From positions 74,707 through 138,706 of the forward strand of contig PHAI01000002.1 in the NCBI GenBank assembly GCA_002840305.1: a stretch of 64,000 nt of DNA. The letters run 5' to 3'. The notes beneath the pieces were generated by a model. The model made no database searches. It saw only the letters and a program-made list of their open reading frames with translations, and was not told where the DNA came from. Shown piece by piece: positions 35,572-44,595 of this stretch; the stretch's first letter is position 1, and each line of letters opens with the position of its first letter. This stretch comes from Candidatus Falkowbacteria bacterium HGW-Falkowbacteria-1. Lineage in GTDB: Bacteria; Patescibacteriota; Patescibacteriia; Patescibacteriales; UBA12465. The position numbers were made by a program, and so were the translations under genes.

Positions 35572-38091
35572 TTATTTCAAGTAATCCTTCAAATATTTCC
35601 CCGTAATGCTCTTTTCATTTCTTATTAAATCTTCTGGCTCTCCGCTGGCCAACAAATAGCCACCTTTTTCCCCGCCATCAGGGCCCAAATCTATTAAATA
35701 ATCCATTGATTTAAGCATATGCATATTATGTTCAATAACAATAACAGTATGACCCTTCTCTACCAGTTTATTCAAAACTTGAAGAAGCAGGCTAATATCA
35801 TGATAATGTAAGCCAGTAGTCGGTTCATCCAATAGATACAAGGTCTTCTGGCCCAAAACATAGGTAAGTTCTTTGGCTATCTTTACTCTCTGGGCCTCAC
35901 CACCGGAAAGAGTTGTGGCACTTTGGCCCAATTTCAAATATCCCAAACCAACTGACTTCAAAATGTTTAATTTATCAGTAATATAATAATTTCCATCAAA
36001 TAATTTTATAGCCTCTTCTACGCTCAAGTCTAATACATCTGAAATACTATGGTTTTTATATTCCACCTGTAAAGTTTCTCTATTAAACCTTTTACCACGA
36101 CAAACCTCACATTCTACAAGCACTGCAGGCAAAAAATGCATCTCAATCAGATTAAACCCAGCTCCTTGGCAGGCTTCACACCTCCCACCTGGTCGATTAA
36201 AAGAAAAACGAGACAAAGTATAACCACGCTCCTTAGATTCTGGTAAGGCGGCAAAAAAATCCCTAATTGGGGTAAAAATACCTGTATAAGTAGCCGGATT
36301 TGACCTAGGAGTTCTACCTATTGGGGATTGGTTAATAATAGAAACCTTATTTATATACTCAGTTCCCTTAAAATCAGCTGCATTAAACAATTTATTCTTT
36401 TTACCAGGATTATTCTTTATCTGTACAATGTTTTTATACAAGACATCATAAAGTAGCGACGATTTACCACTACCGGACACACCACACAAACCAACCAATC
36501 TACCGAGCGGTACCTCTATATTAATATTCTTTAAATTATTAGCATTTGCCCCCTTTATATTGATATGTCCCTTGTTTTGAGACCTTCTTTTAAGCGGAAT
36601 ATCTATCTTTTTACGTCCACTTAAATAATCCAGAGTTAAGGATTTACTATTTTTGTCTTTATTTATTTCCCCCTTGTCTTTGCTGAACAAATTTTTTGTA
36701 TAGTCACTGGCAACTATTTCACCACCATTTATGCCGGCTCCAGGACCGAGATCAACTAAATAATCAGATTGCAAAATAGTTTGCTCATCATGTTCTACCA
36801 AAATAACAGTATTCCCCTTATCTCTAAGAGACTTGAGCGTATCCACTAGCTTTAGAGTATCTCTTTCGTGAAGTCCTATTGTTGGCTCATCCAGAACATA
36901 CAGAGTTCTAGACAACTGCGAGCCTATTTGCGAAGATAGCCTAATTCTTTGTGCCTCACCACCAGAAAGAGTCTCTGCTTCCCTGCTTAAAGTCAAATAA
37001 CCCAGACCAACCTTGTTTAAAAACTCTAAACGGTCTATTATTTGTTGCATTACTGACGAGACTATATTCATTTGACGATCGCTTAGATTACCCAAAACTG
37101 TTTCAAAAAACAAATAAGCCTTATCAAGCGATAAAGCGCTAGCTTCAGCGATATTCTTATTATTTATTTTGACAGATAAAGCCTCTTCTCGAAGTCTTTG
37201 ACCATTACATTTGGGACAAATATCGTCAGCATAAAAACCGATCTTTCCTAGGCCGGAGCAGGACGGACAAGCGCCATGGGGTGAATTAAAGGAAAAAAGT
37301 CTAGGTTCGACCTCCGGAAAGGCAAAGCTATCATTAGGACAAGTCCAATTAGAGGAAAGTAAAAATTCCTCTTTCTCTAAAGCTATAAAAACCAAGCCCT
37401 TACTATAAGCGATAGCATTCTCTATGGCTTCAAATAAGCGCGTATCATCATTTGGCAAAACTTTATCTATAATTATATCTATATCATGCTTTTTGGCTGG
37501 ACTTAGCTTTATTTGGTCTCTGAGTGAACAAATTTTACCATCTATTCTAGCCTCTGAATAACCCAAAGACAGATAATCATAGAGTAATTGATAATATTCC
37601 CCTTTTCTACCTCGAACCACAGGAGAAATAATAGTTAAATATTTGCTTTTAGCCTCTTTGGCCCTAGAAATAGAAATATCAACCATTTCCTCCAGAGATA
37701 ACTTTTGAATTTTGTGGCCACAAAGCGGACAAAAAACTTCCCCCAAACGCGCATATAAAACCCTCAAATAATCCCAAATATCAGTTAGAGTTCCAACCGT
37801 AGAACGAGGGTTATGAGATAATGCTTTTTGATCTATAGATATGGCCGGGGCCAAACCGATGATCTCATCAACTTCAGCCGGTTTCTTTTGCCCTAAAAAC
37901 TGTCTCATATAGGGAGAAAGTGATTCTACGTAGCGACGCTGGCCCTCGGCAAAGATAGTGTCAAAAGCCAAAGACGATTTTCCGGAACCAGAAACTCCAG
38001 TAATTACCGTCAATTGATTATGTGGTATTTCTAGATCAATATTTTTTAAATTGTGCATCCGTGCTCCACGAATTATTATTTTATCATTCAT
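35572..38091 (-). CDS. uvrA: Excinuclease ABC subunit A lacking the insertion domain
   Basis: Two ABC modules are present (GVSGSGKSS twice, LSGGEAQR twice). The DNA-binding Zn finger is CEACQGAG...CEVCRGKR. The pairs CPSCSGLG and CPKCNGQRL are only 9 residues apart, where canonical UvrA has about 100 aa. Length is 839 aa. Confidence 0.92.
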   Translation of the reverse strand: MNDKIIIRGARMHNLKNIDLEIPHNQLTVITGVSGSGKSSLAFDTIFAEGQRRYVESLSPYMRQFLGQKKPAEVDEIIGLAPAISIDQKALSHNPRSTVGTLTDIWDYLRVLYARLGEVFCPLCGHKIQKLSLEEMVDISISRAKEAKSKYLTIISPVVRGRKGEYYQLLYDYLSLGYSEARIDGKICSLRDQIKLSPAKKHDIDIIIDKVLPNDDTRLFEAIENAIAYSKGLVFIALEKEEFLLSSNWTCPNDSFAFPEVEPRLFSFNSPHGACPSCSGLGKIGFYADDICPKCNGQRLREEALSVKINNKNIAEASALSLDKAYLFFETVLGNLSDRQMNIVSSVMQQIIDRLEFLNKVGLGYLTLSREAETLSGGEAQRIRLSSQIGSQLSRTLYVLDEPTIGLHERDTLKLVDTLKSLRDKGNTVILVEHDEQTILQSDYLVDLGPGAGINGGEIVASDYTKNLFSKDKGEINKDKNSKSLTLDYLSGRKKIDIPLKRRSQNKGHINIKGANANNLKNINIEVPLGRLVGLCGVSGSGKSSLLYDVLYKNIVQIKNNPGKKNKLFNAADFKGTEYINKVSIINQSPIGRTPRSNPATYTGIFTPIRDFFAALPESKERGYTLSRFSFNRPGGRCEACQGAGFNLIEMHFLPAVLVECEVCRGKRFNRETLQVEYKNHSISDVLDLSVEEAIKLFDGNYYITDKLNILKSVGLGYLKLGQSATTLSGGEAQRVKIAKELTYVLGQKTLYLLDEPTTGLHYHDISLLLQVLNKLVEKGHTVIVIEHNMHMLKSMDYLIDLGPDGGEKGGYLLASGEPEDLIRNEKSITGKYLKDYLK

Positions 38092-38094
38092 ATC

Positions 38095-38580
38095 TTAAAT
38101 TTTTTTTCCAATAAACCTAATTGATAACTTAATGTCAAATTCTGGAAATTCATTTAACACCCAATTAATATAAGTATTACAATTAGGACCTATCGCCCAA
38201 TATTTATCTTTATGCTTGTAGTTATTGCTTGAATTTTCAATAAAATCACACATTTTATTGGCCAAAGAATTTTCCCCACCTTCTATACATTTAATTAATT
38301 TTGGTTTCCATAAAAGTTTATCGAAGAAAAACGGTGTCATTCCCGCTCCAACGAAGGGATCAAGGGAATTGAGATGTAAATGCCTACCAATGATTTTATT
38401 TTTTTTATTTCTGTGAAAAAGAACCTCCCACCTTGAAACTTTTTTATTTCTAACACAAACAAACCAAGAATGACTAAAAAAAATATTAAAGGGTATAATA
38501 GCCGGACAGGAAAACAAAAAAATCTGATATCCTTCGCTTTTTAACATTTTAGAAAAATTTTCTTTTGAGATATTGTTCAT
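38095..38580 (-). CDS. DUF3750-like protein, hypothetical
   Basis: HSWFVCV...WEV...GPNCNTYINWVL resembles DUF3750 (family recalled from memory). The ATG at 38580 is preferred because the longer TTG-initiated ORF (to 38706) would run through the upstream gene's terminator hairpin. Confidence 0.45.
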   Translation of the reverse strand: MNNISKENFSKMLKSEGYQIFLFSCPAIIPFNIFFSHSWFVCVRNKKVSRWEVLFHRNKKNKIIGRHLHLNSLDPFVGAGMTPFFFDKLLWKPKLIKCIEGGENSLANKMCDFIENSSNNYKHKDKYWAIGPNCNTYINWVLNEFPEFDIKLSIRFIGKKI

Positions 38581-38671
38581 ATAATAAAAATAGGCAAGAA
38601 TTTGTTTTACTTGCTGAATATATTTATTTTGTCTAATTATAACATCAAAAATAGATAAATTCAATTTAAAC

Positions 38672-38697
38672 AAAAAACACCGATAAAGGTGTTTTTT
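38672..38697 (-). terminator. Intrinsic terminator of the 38727..39107 gene
   Basis: The stem AACACC/GGTGTT with a 6-nt loop is flanked by an A-run and a T-run. Confidence 0.65.
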
Positions 38698-38726
38698 AAG
38701 GATCAAAATCTTCCACTATATTTTTT

Positions 38727-39107
38727 CTAATTGCTTCTACATTCTGTTTTTCTTTTTTTGAACCAAGTAACAAGAAATAATGTTCCTACTAAAAAAGCAA
38801 CCCCAGAAATTTGAATAGCCCAGGATAACAAATACCATTCGAACTGGTTTCTCATTAGTAAAACTATGTAAACTAATCCTGCCAGGATAAACCCCACACC
38901 ACCGACAATTTCGTGTTTCCAAGAAATTATCAATACAACAAGCAAAACAAGGGCTGGCAAGTTATGCATGAACAAAGCCACAACGGTTTGCCAAAAATTT
39001 AATCCCGAACCAAAAACATCCAATGACATTAAAGCTAAAAAACAGATAAAAATAATCGATAAAATTCTTGGAGTCCAGTATAAACTTTTGCTAATTTTGT
39101 TTTCCAT
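38727..39107 (-). CDS. Four-TM membrane protein, hypothetical
   Basis: The 126-aa protein has four hydrophobic helices. No family is recognised. Confidence 0.55.
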   Translation of the reverse strand: MENKISKSLYWTPRILSIIFICFLALMSLDVFGSGLNFWQTVVALFMHNLPALVLLVVLIISWKHEIVGGVGFILAGLVYIVLLMRNQFEWYLLSWAIQISGVAFLVGTLFLVTWFKKRKTECRSN

Positions 39108-39291
39108 ATTTTTTATAAAAAATTTAATTATTTATAATAACTCATTATTATGCGTTATCAAATCTGGTTTTTATTAAATACTTTAGTATTATCAAATTTT
39201 TATTATATTCCCCAAAGATTGGCACATGCTTCTTTCTATGTTTTTAATACATTTAAACGAGTAGCGTGCGTATATTTTTTCAACTATTACG

Positions 39292-41040
39292 CTATCTATA
39301 CAGCCAAATAAGCTGACCCCAGACTACAGCAGCTAAATTAGCACCATCGGCTGATGATCTAATTGATTGCCAATTTCTTGAACCGGCCGAGGTTTCTTCT
39401 GCCCAGGTTTGTCCGGAGTCATCAGAGGTATAGACATAGCTACCACTGGTTACTGCGGCTAACTTGGTACCATCAGCCGAGGAGCTAATCGATTTCCAAA
39501 CCCTTGTACTTCCAGCCGGATTTCTTTCTGTCCAAGTAAGACCAGAATCAGCAGAAGTATAGATGTAGCCACCGCTAACTGCCGCGGCTAATTTGGTACC
39601 ATCAGCCGAGGAGCTAACAGAAGACCAACTCTTTGTGCTGCCAGCTGGATTCCTTTCTGCCCAAGTTTGTCCAGAATCAATAGATGTATAAATATATCCA
39701 TTATAAACAGCGGCAACCAGTTTAGTGCCGTCAGCCGAAGAAGTGACCGACCACCAACTTTTTGTGCTTCCAACAGGATCCCTTTCTACCCAAGTAACAC
39801 CAGAATCAACAGAGGTATAAACATATCCACCATCAACCACGGCGACTAGTTTGGTACCATCAGCCGAGGAGCTAATTGAATTCCAGCATTCTGTGCTTCC
39901 GACAGGATCTCTTTCCGTCCAAGTAAGACCGGAGTTAGCAGAAGTATAAATATACCCACAGTAATCAGCGGCAGCTAGTTTAACACCATCGGCTGAAGAG
40001 GTAATTGAATACCAGTCTTTTGGCCCTCCGGCCGGATTTCTCTCAATCCAGTTTAAACCTGAATCAGTAGAAGTATAAATGTAGCCTTTGTAAACCGCAA
40101 CCGCCAATTTAGTGTTATCAGCTGAAGAAGTAATTGATTGCCAATTTTTTGTACTTCCAGCCGGATTTCTTTCAGTCCAGGTGAGCCCTGAATCAGTAGA
40201 AGTATAAACGTAACCACCATAATACACAGCAGATACCTTGGCGCCATCAGCCGAAGAACTAATTGATCGCCAATTTTTTACGCTTCCAGCCGGACTTCTT
40301 TCTGTCCAGGTAAGACCGGAATCAGTGGATGTATAAATATACCCACCATAAACCGCAGCCGCTAATTCAGTACTATCATCTGATGAGCTAATTGAAATCC
40401 AATTTTTTGTAACTCCAGCCGGATTTCTTTCTGTCCAGGTAGCGCCTGAATCGATGGAGATATAAACATATCCGCCATAAACTACGGCGGCTAATTTAGT
40501 GCCATCAGCTGATGAACTAATTGAATTCCAATTCTTTACACTTCCGACTGGATTTCTTTCCGTCCAGGTAGCACCAGAATCAATGGAGGTGTAAATATAT
40601 CCATTATAAACAACGGCGGCTAATTTAGTGCCATCGGCCGAAGAGCTAATCGATCGCCAATTTCTTGAACCAACCGATGTTCTTTCTGTCCAAGTCTGTC
40701 CAGAGTCATCAGAAGTGTAAACATAACCAAGATAAACTATAGCGGCCAATTTAGTACCATCGGAAGATGAAGTAACGAACCACCAATTTTTTACGCTTCC
40801 AGCCGGATTTCTTTCCGTCCAGGTAAGTCCGGAATCAGTGGAGGTATAAACATATCCGCCATAAACTAAGGCAACTAGTTTAGTACCATCGGAAGATGAA
40901 CTAATCCAATACCAGCTCCTTAAACCGGCCGATGTTCTTTCTGTCCAGGTAGCACCTGAATCGGTGGAAGTATAAACATATCCGCCATAAACTACAGCAG
41001 CTAATTTAGTCCCATCAGAAGATGAGCTGATTGATCGCCA
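39292..41040 (-). repeat. Coding tandem repeat array, period about 126-129 bp, about 13.9 copies
   Basis: The repeats run from Trp193 (nt 41040) to the stop. The units are diverged at the nucleotide level but conserved at the protein level. Confidence 0.9.
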
Positions 41041-41616
41041 ATTAGCAAGGCCAATTCCACCAGGAATATTATTTACGGCCACCCAAGTTTTTTCTACACA
41101 TTCTCCATCAACACAGCTATAATCATCTTCGCAAGTCGGTTCACATATTACTTCTTCTCCACCATTTGGCATACTACTACCAAAGATTATTCCGCCAGGA
41201 GTCATTTGCTTGGCCCCAGGTGGCATATCTGATATTTGTTTACCCGTACAAAAATCTATAGTATAACTAGCTCCATTGTTTTGAGGAATATAAGTATAAG
41301 TATTAGAAGCAGACAAGCAATCTCCATCAGCGGGAGTGGGAGAAGTAGGGATATTATACATAAATACTTCTCCCGTGGAAGAAGAAGTTATGGCACCACT
41401 ATTCCATTCATCCTCTGTGGGATAACGACCATTTTCATTAAAAATTAGTTCTAGAGCGGTTTGAATCTGTTTCATGTCAGCCACTCTCTTACTGTCTCTA
41501 GCTCTACTTCTTGCTTGTTGAAGAGCTACCACGGCCAAAGTGGCCAAAATACCAATAATTGCTATTACCACTAAAAGCTCTATTAACGTGAAGGCTTTTT
41601 TGTTAATTTTAGACAT
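39292..41616 (-). CDS. Giant type IV pilin/pseudopilin-like protein with about 14 Asp-box (BNR-type) beta-propeller repeats
   Basis: The prepilin class III signal is MSKINKKA/FTLIELLVVIAIIGILATLAVVAL, with Glu at +5. A pilin head follows (RDSKRVADMKQIQTALE), then a Cys-rich linker EVICEPTCEDDYSCVDGECVEK. After that come 13 full and 1 partial 42-43-aa repeats containing SSS(A/S)DGTKLAA and (S/T)xDSGxTWxER. Confidence 0.85.
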   Translation of the reverse strand: MSKINKKAFTLIELLVVIAIIGILATLAVVALQQARSRARDSKRVADMKQIQTALELIFNENGRYPTEDEWNSGAITSSSTGEVFMYNIPTSPTPADGDCLSASNTYTYIPQNNGASYTIDFCTGKQISDMPPGAKQMTPGGIIFGSSMPNGGEEVICEPTCEDDYSCVDGECVEKTWVAVNNIPGGIGLANWRSISSSSDGTKLAAVVYGGYVYTSTDSGATWTERTSAGLRSWYWISSSSDGTKLVALVYGGYVYTSTDSGLTWTERNPAGSVKNWWFVTSSSDGTKLAAIVYLGYVYTSDDSGQTWTERTSVGSRNWRSISSSADGTKLAAVVYNGYIYTSIDSGATWTERNPVGSVKNWNSISSSADGTKLAAVVYGGYVYISIDSGATWTERNPAGVTKNWISISSSDDSTELAAAVYGGYIYTSTDSGLTWTERSPAGSVKNWRSISSSADGAKVSAVYYGGYVYTSTDSGLTWTERNPAGSTKNWQSITSSADNTKLAVAVYKGYIYTSTDSGLNWIERNPAGGPKDWYSITSSADGVKLAAADYCGYIYTSANSGLTWTERDPVGSTECWNSISSSADGTKLVAVVDGGYVYTSVDSGVTWVERDPVGSTKSWWSVTSSADGTKLVAAVYNGYIYTSIDSGQTWAERNPAGSTKSWSSVSSSADGTKLAAAVSGGYIYTSADSGLTWTERNPAGSTRVWKSISSSADGTKLAAVTSGSYVYTSDDSGQTWAEETSAGSRNWQSIRSSADGANLAAVVWGQLIWLYR

Positions 41617-41633
41617 ATTTTTGTACTACTTTG

Positions 41634-41659
41634 CCCCCATCCTCGCACAAGGATAAGAG
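41634..41659 (-). promoter_or_regulatory. Strand-specific 10-bp stem-loop in the pilin 5' leader
   Basis: The minus-strand RNA folds as CUCUUAUCCU-UGUGCG-AGGAUGGGGG. All 10 positions pair if 3 G-U wobbles are allowed. The same positions are C-A mismatches on the plus strand. The stem ends 15 nt before the ATG. Confidence 0.4.
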
Positions 41660-41720
41660 TCCAAAACAGATATATATTAAATATAATTATTTAAAATTGA
41701 CCGAGAAAAAAACATCACAT

Positions 41721-42026
41721 TTAAATATCTTCTATTCTTTCTAAAATTCCATTAATTTTTTTATACTCACGATTCTTATTTTTTTCAATCTTTTTTAAAA
41801 GTTCATCTTCTAAATTTATATTTAAAATTGTAGCCAATCCCATTAAATATATTACAACATCAGCCAACTCCTCGCCTAGGTCTGGCAAGTTCTTTCTATA
41901 AGCATGAAAAGCTTCGGAAAGTTCTTCATGTGCCAAACTAAACTCTAAGGGAATGTCAGTAATATTGAAGCCCTTGGCAATTTTATTATCAAATATTTCT
42001 TTTTGTAATTTTTGTAAGTCAATCAT
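41721..42026 (-). CDS. MazG-like nucleotide pyrophosphohydrolase (single domain)
   Basis: The four-helix EExxE/D pattern is present: LAHEELSEAFHAY...LGEELADVVIYLMGLA. Confidence 0.75.
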   Translation of the reverse strand: MIDLQKLQKEIFDNKIAKGFNITDIPLEFSLAHEELSEAFHAYRKNLPDLGEELADVVIYLMGLATILNINLEDELLKKIEKNKNREYKKINGILERIEDI

Positions 42027-42116
42027 AGTTGAAAAAAATGTTAGATAAATATAATAAAAATAACCTTAATCCATCTTAATTATATCAAATCAAACCCAAG
42101 AGTACAACAAGCAAAC

Positions 42117-44591
42117 TCAGACATTCTCAATAAAATCATCCCCAATCATTGATATCAAACGGCTCTTAGCGCTAGGATAATTATATTCATTAAACATACT
42201 ATAAGACAAAAAAACTTCTTTCCTGGACCTGGTTAGAGCCACATAAAATAGTCTCTTTTCCTCTTCCATATTATCAGTCTTAAAAAAGGGAAAAACGCCT
42301 TCATTTAGTCCTAGGAGAAAAACATAATCAAACTCCAGACCTTTGACTTGATGAATAGTTACTATCGGTATTTTTCCACCATCTACACCCAAAAAATCTA
42401 TGTTTTTAATCAAGCCAGAATAATGAATTAAATTATGTAAAGCCGTTCTGTTTGGCAAAAAATCCTCATCTCTATTTTTAAAAAATGTTTTCAAGGTTTC
42501 AAAAGATTTTTTCCTCTGTAAAGAGCCCTTATCTTTATTATAATACTCATCTAAGCCTGAATTCTCCCAAACAAAGGCCAAAAAATCATCGGGTCTCATT
42601 TTATCAATTTGTTTTTCAAAATTATTTATATCTACGCTTAAATTTATAAACTTAGGCTTAAATTTATTCCACAAAACTTCCCTTTCTTTGCTATTCTTTT
42701 CTAATTTCTCAACCAAAAACAAAAGCAAATCAACAGTTGCCGCCACATCATCATCAGCACTATGAGTGGCATCTTTAAAATTCAAATGTTTGGCAATATT
42801 ACTTAATTTATAGCTACCCAAACTTAAAAATCTTTTAGCTAAATCCAGAGTGTCATAATAATTCTTAAAATCAATATTTATTTTATATCTTTTGCAATTC
42901 TCCTTAATCATATTTAAATCAAAAACCACATTATGACCAACAACAACTGAATCAGAAATAAAATCTTTTAGCGAGACTAAAACTTTTTTGGGATCTTCTC
43001 CTTTCTCTTTTAAAAACTCATCACTTATCTTATGAACAAAAAAAGACGAAGCAACTGATTTCTTATTTTTTAAATAATGATGAAATTCCTGTGCAATTTC
43101 ACCATCAATAATTTCTCTAGCATAAACCTGAATAATCTCATCTTTAGCTGGATTTATACCGGTTGTCTCAGTATCTAACACAATAATTCTGCCCTTATTC
43201 TTTAACTCTATTAATTGTGAAAAAGGTTCTGCAAAATTATAGTTTCTAAAATTTAAAAAATCAGACAGATTTAGACCACAAGCCGAGCCCTCTTTTCTAA
43301 TTTTTTCCAAAGTTTCTTCGCCTATATTCTTTGGCGGTCTTTGGATAATTCTTTTAGCTGAAAACAAATCAGCTTTATTAAATAATATTTTAAGATAAGC
43401 AAAAATATCTTTAACCTCTTGACGTTTAAAAAAATCATATTGATCAACCGTTAAAAAAGAAATATCATTTTCCGAAAAAACTTCGGCTACATTTCCTATT
43501 AGTCTATTAGTTCTAGTCAAAACTGCAATCTTGGCAGATTTATCAATCTTTTTGATATTTTTAATACTATCAATAACCCACAAAACTTCTTCTTTAAAAT
43601 TATAGCCCTTAAAAGATTTTATGCATTTGCTAATTATGTTATTTGAAGAATTTTTATCATCGTTTAATACTCTTAATTCTTTAGTTTTAGCTTCTTCCAT
43701 ATTCCCCAAGACCGATATAAAAGCCTTTATAAGACCCGGATTGGAACGATAATTTATATTAAGACTAAATTCTTTAACCGGCTTAAAATGCTCTTTAAAC
43801 AAATTAGCTATAAAAACAGGTCTAGAATCTCTAAAGCTATAAATAGTTTGATCGATATCCCCTATCAAAGAAATATTTTTATGTTTTTTGGCCAGCTCTT
43901 TGATAACTAAATATTCCGACAAATGAGTATCTTGAAATTCATCTAATTGAATAAAGCGAAAGCGTTCTGACCATTTTTGGTTTATATCTTGATACTTAAA
44001 CAAAATTTCCAAAACACTCAACACGAGTTCATTAAAATCAAAAGAATTTTGCTCTTTGAGTCTTCTTAAATATTCTTCTCCAAAAATTATTATTTCTGGA
44101 TTTATTTTTTTGATATCTACATTGTGACCGATATCAACTTGAAAAAGTGATAAACGATATTTATAAAATTCCTCCAAACTATTCAAAATCTCTCTAGGCT
44201 TTTCTGGAAAAACTTTATTAGCTTCATTAAATATACTTTTAACTATTTCCAATTGTTCATCTTCGTCTAATATCAAAAAATCGGTAGAAATACCGACATT
44301 ACTAGCTTCAGATCTAATAAAATAGGCACAAAAAGCATGAAAAGTGGAAACAGTTAAAGAATCAAAGTCATTCTTATCATCAACCCTTTCTTTTATCCTG
44401 CTTTTCATTTCGTCGGCCGCCCGGTTGGTAAAAGTCAACGCCAAAATTTCATTTGGCTTTATTCCACTTTCCATGGCCTTTACGATTCTCTCGGTTAAAA
44501 CGCTGGTTTTTCCAGTCCCAACTGGAGCGTTTATTAAATAAGCACCAAAAATATTATCAACTATTGCTTGTTGCTGAGAATTTAATTTCAT
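42117..44591 (-). CDS. UvrD/PcrA-type SF1 helicase with an inserted DEDDh (DnaQ-like) 3'-5' exonuclease domain
   Basis: Helicase motifs are:
- I: APVGTGKT.
- Ia: TFTNRAADEM.
- II: LDEFQDT.
- III: GDIDQTIYSFRDS.
- IV: NYRSNP.
- V: HQVKGLEFDYVFL.
- VI: YVALTRSRKEV.

Between motifs IV and V lie Exo I VLDTETTG, Exo II VGHNVVFDLNMI and Exo III HSADDDVAAT. Confidence 0.85.
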   Translation of the reverse strand: MKLNSQQQAIVDNIFGAYLINAPVGTGKTSVLTERIVKAMESGIKPNEILALTFTNRAADEMKSRIKERVDDKNDFDSLTVSTFHAFCAYFIRSEASNVGISTDFLILDEDEQLEIVKSIFNEANKVFPEKPREILNSLEEFYKYRLSLFQVDIGHNVDIKKINPEIIIFGEEYLRRLKEQNSFDFNELVLSVLEILFKYQDINQKWSERFRFIQLDEFQDTHLSEYLVIKELAKKHKNISLIGDIDQTIYSFRDSRPVFIANLFKEHFKPVKEFSLNINYRSNPGLIKAFISVLGNMEEAKTKELRVLNDDKNSSNNIISKCIKSFKGYNFKEEVLWVIDSIKNIKKIDKSAKIAVLTRTNRLIGNVAEVFSENDISFLTVDQYDFFKRQEVKDIFAYLKILFNKADLFSAKRIIQRPPKNIGEETLEKIRKEGSACGLNLSDFLNFRNYNFAEPFSQLIELKNKGRIIVLDTETTGINPAKDEIIQVYAREIIDGEIAQEFHHYLKNKKSVASSFFVHKISDEFLKEKGEDPKKVLVSLKDFISDSVVVGHNVVFDLNMIKENCKRYKINIDFKNYYDTLDLAKRFLSLGSYKLSNIAKHLNFKDATHSADDDVAATVDLLLFLVEKLEKNSKEREVLWNKFKPKFINLSVDINNFEKQIDKMRPDDFLAFVWENSGLDEYYNKDKGSLQRKKSFETLKTFFKNRDEDFLPNRTALHNLIHYSGLIKNIDFLGVDGGKIPIVTIHQVKGLEFDYVFLLGLNEGVFPFFKTDNMEEEKRLFYVALTRSRKEVFLSYSMFNEYNYPSAKSRLISMIGDDFIENV

Positions 44592-44595
44592 TTTT

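Noticed and set aside
38581-38706. N-terminal extension of the DUF3750-like ORF (TTG start at 38706)
   Set aside because: The extension would be translated through the terminator hairpin of the upstream gene (38672..38697). The ATG at 38580 gives a sensible start.
39588-41448. Several 60-70-aa ORFs inside and antisense to the pilin gene (39588..39773, 39667..39849, 40053..40247, 41236..41448)
   Set aside because: They overlap a single long frame with a clear domain structure. They arise because this gene is GC-richer and repetitive.
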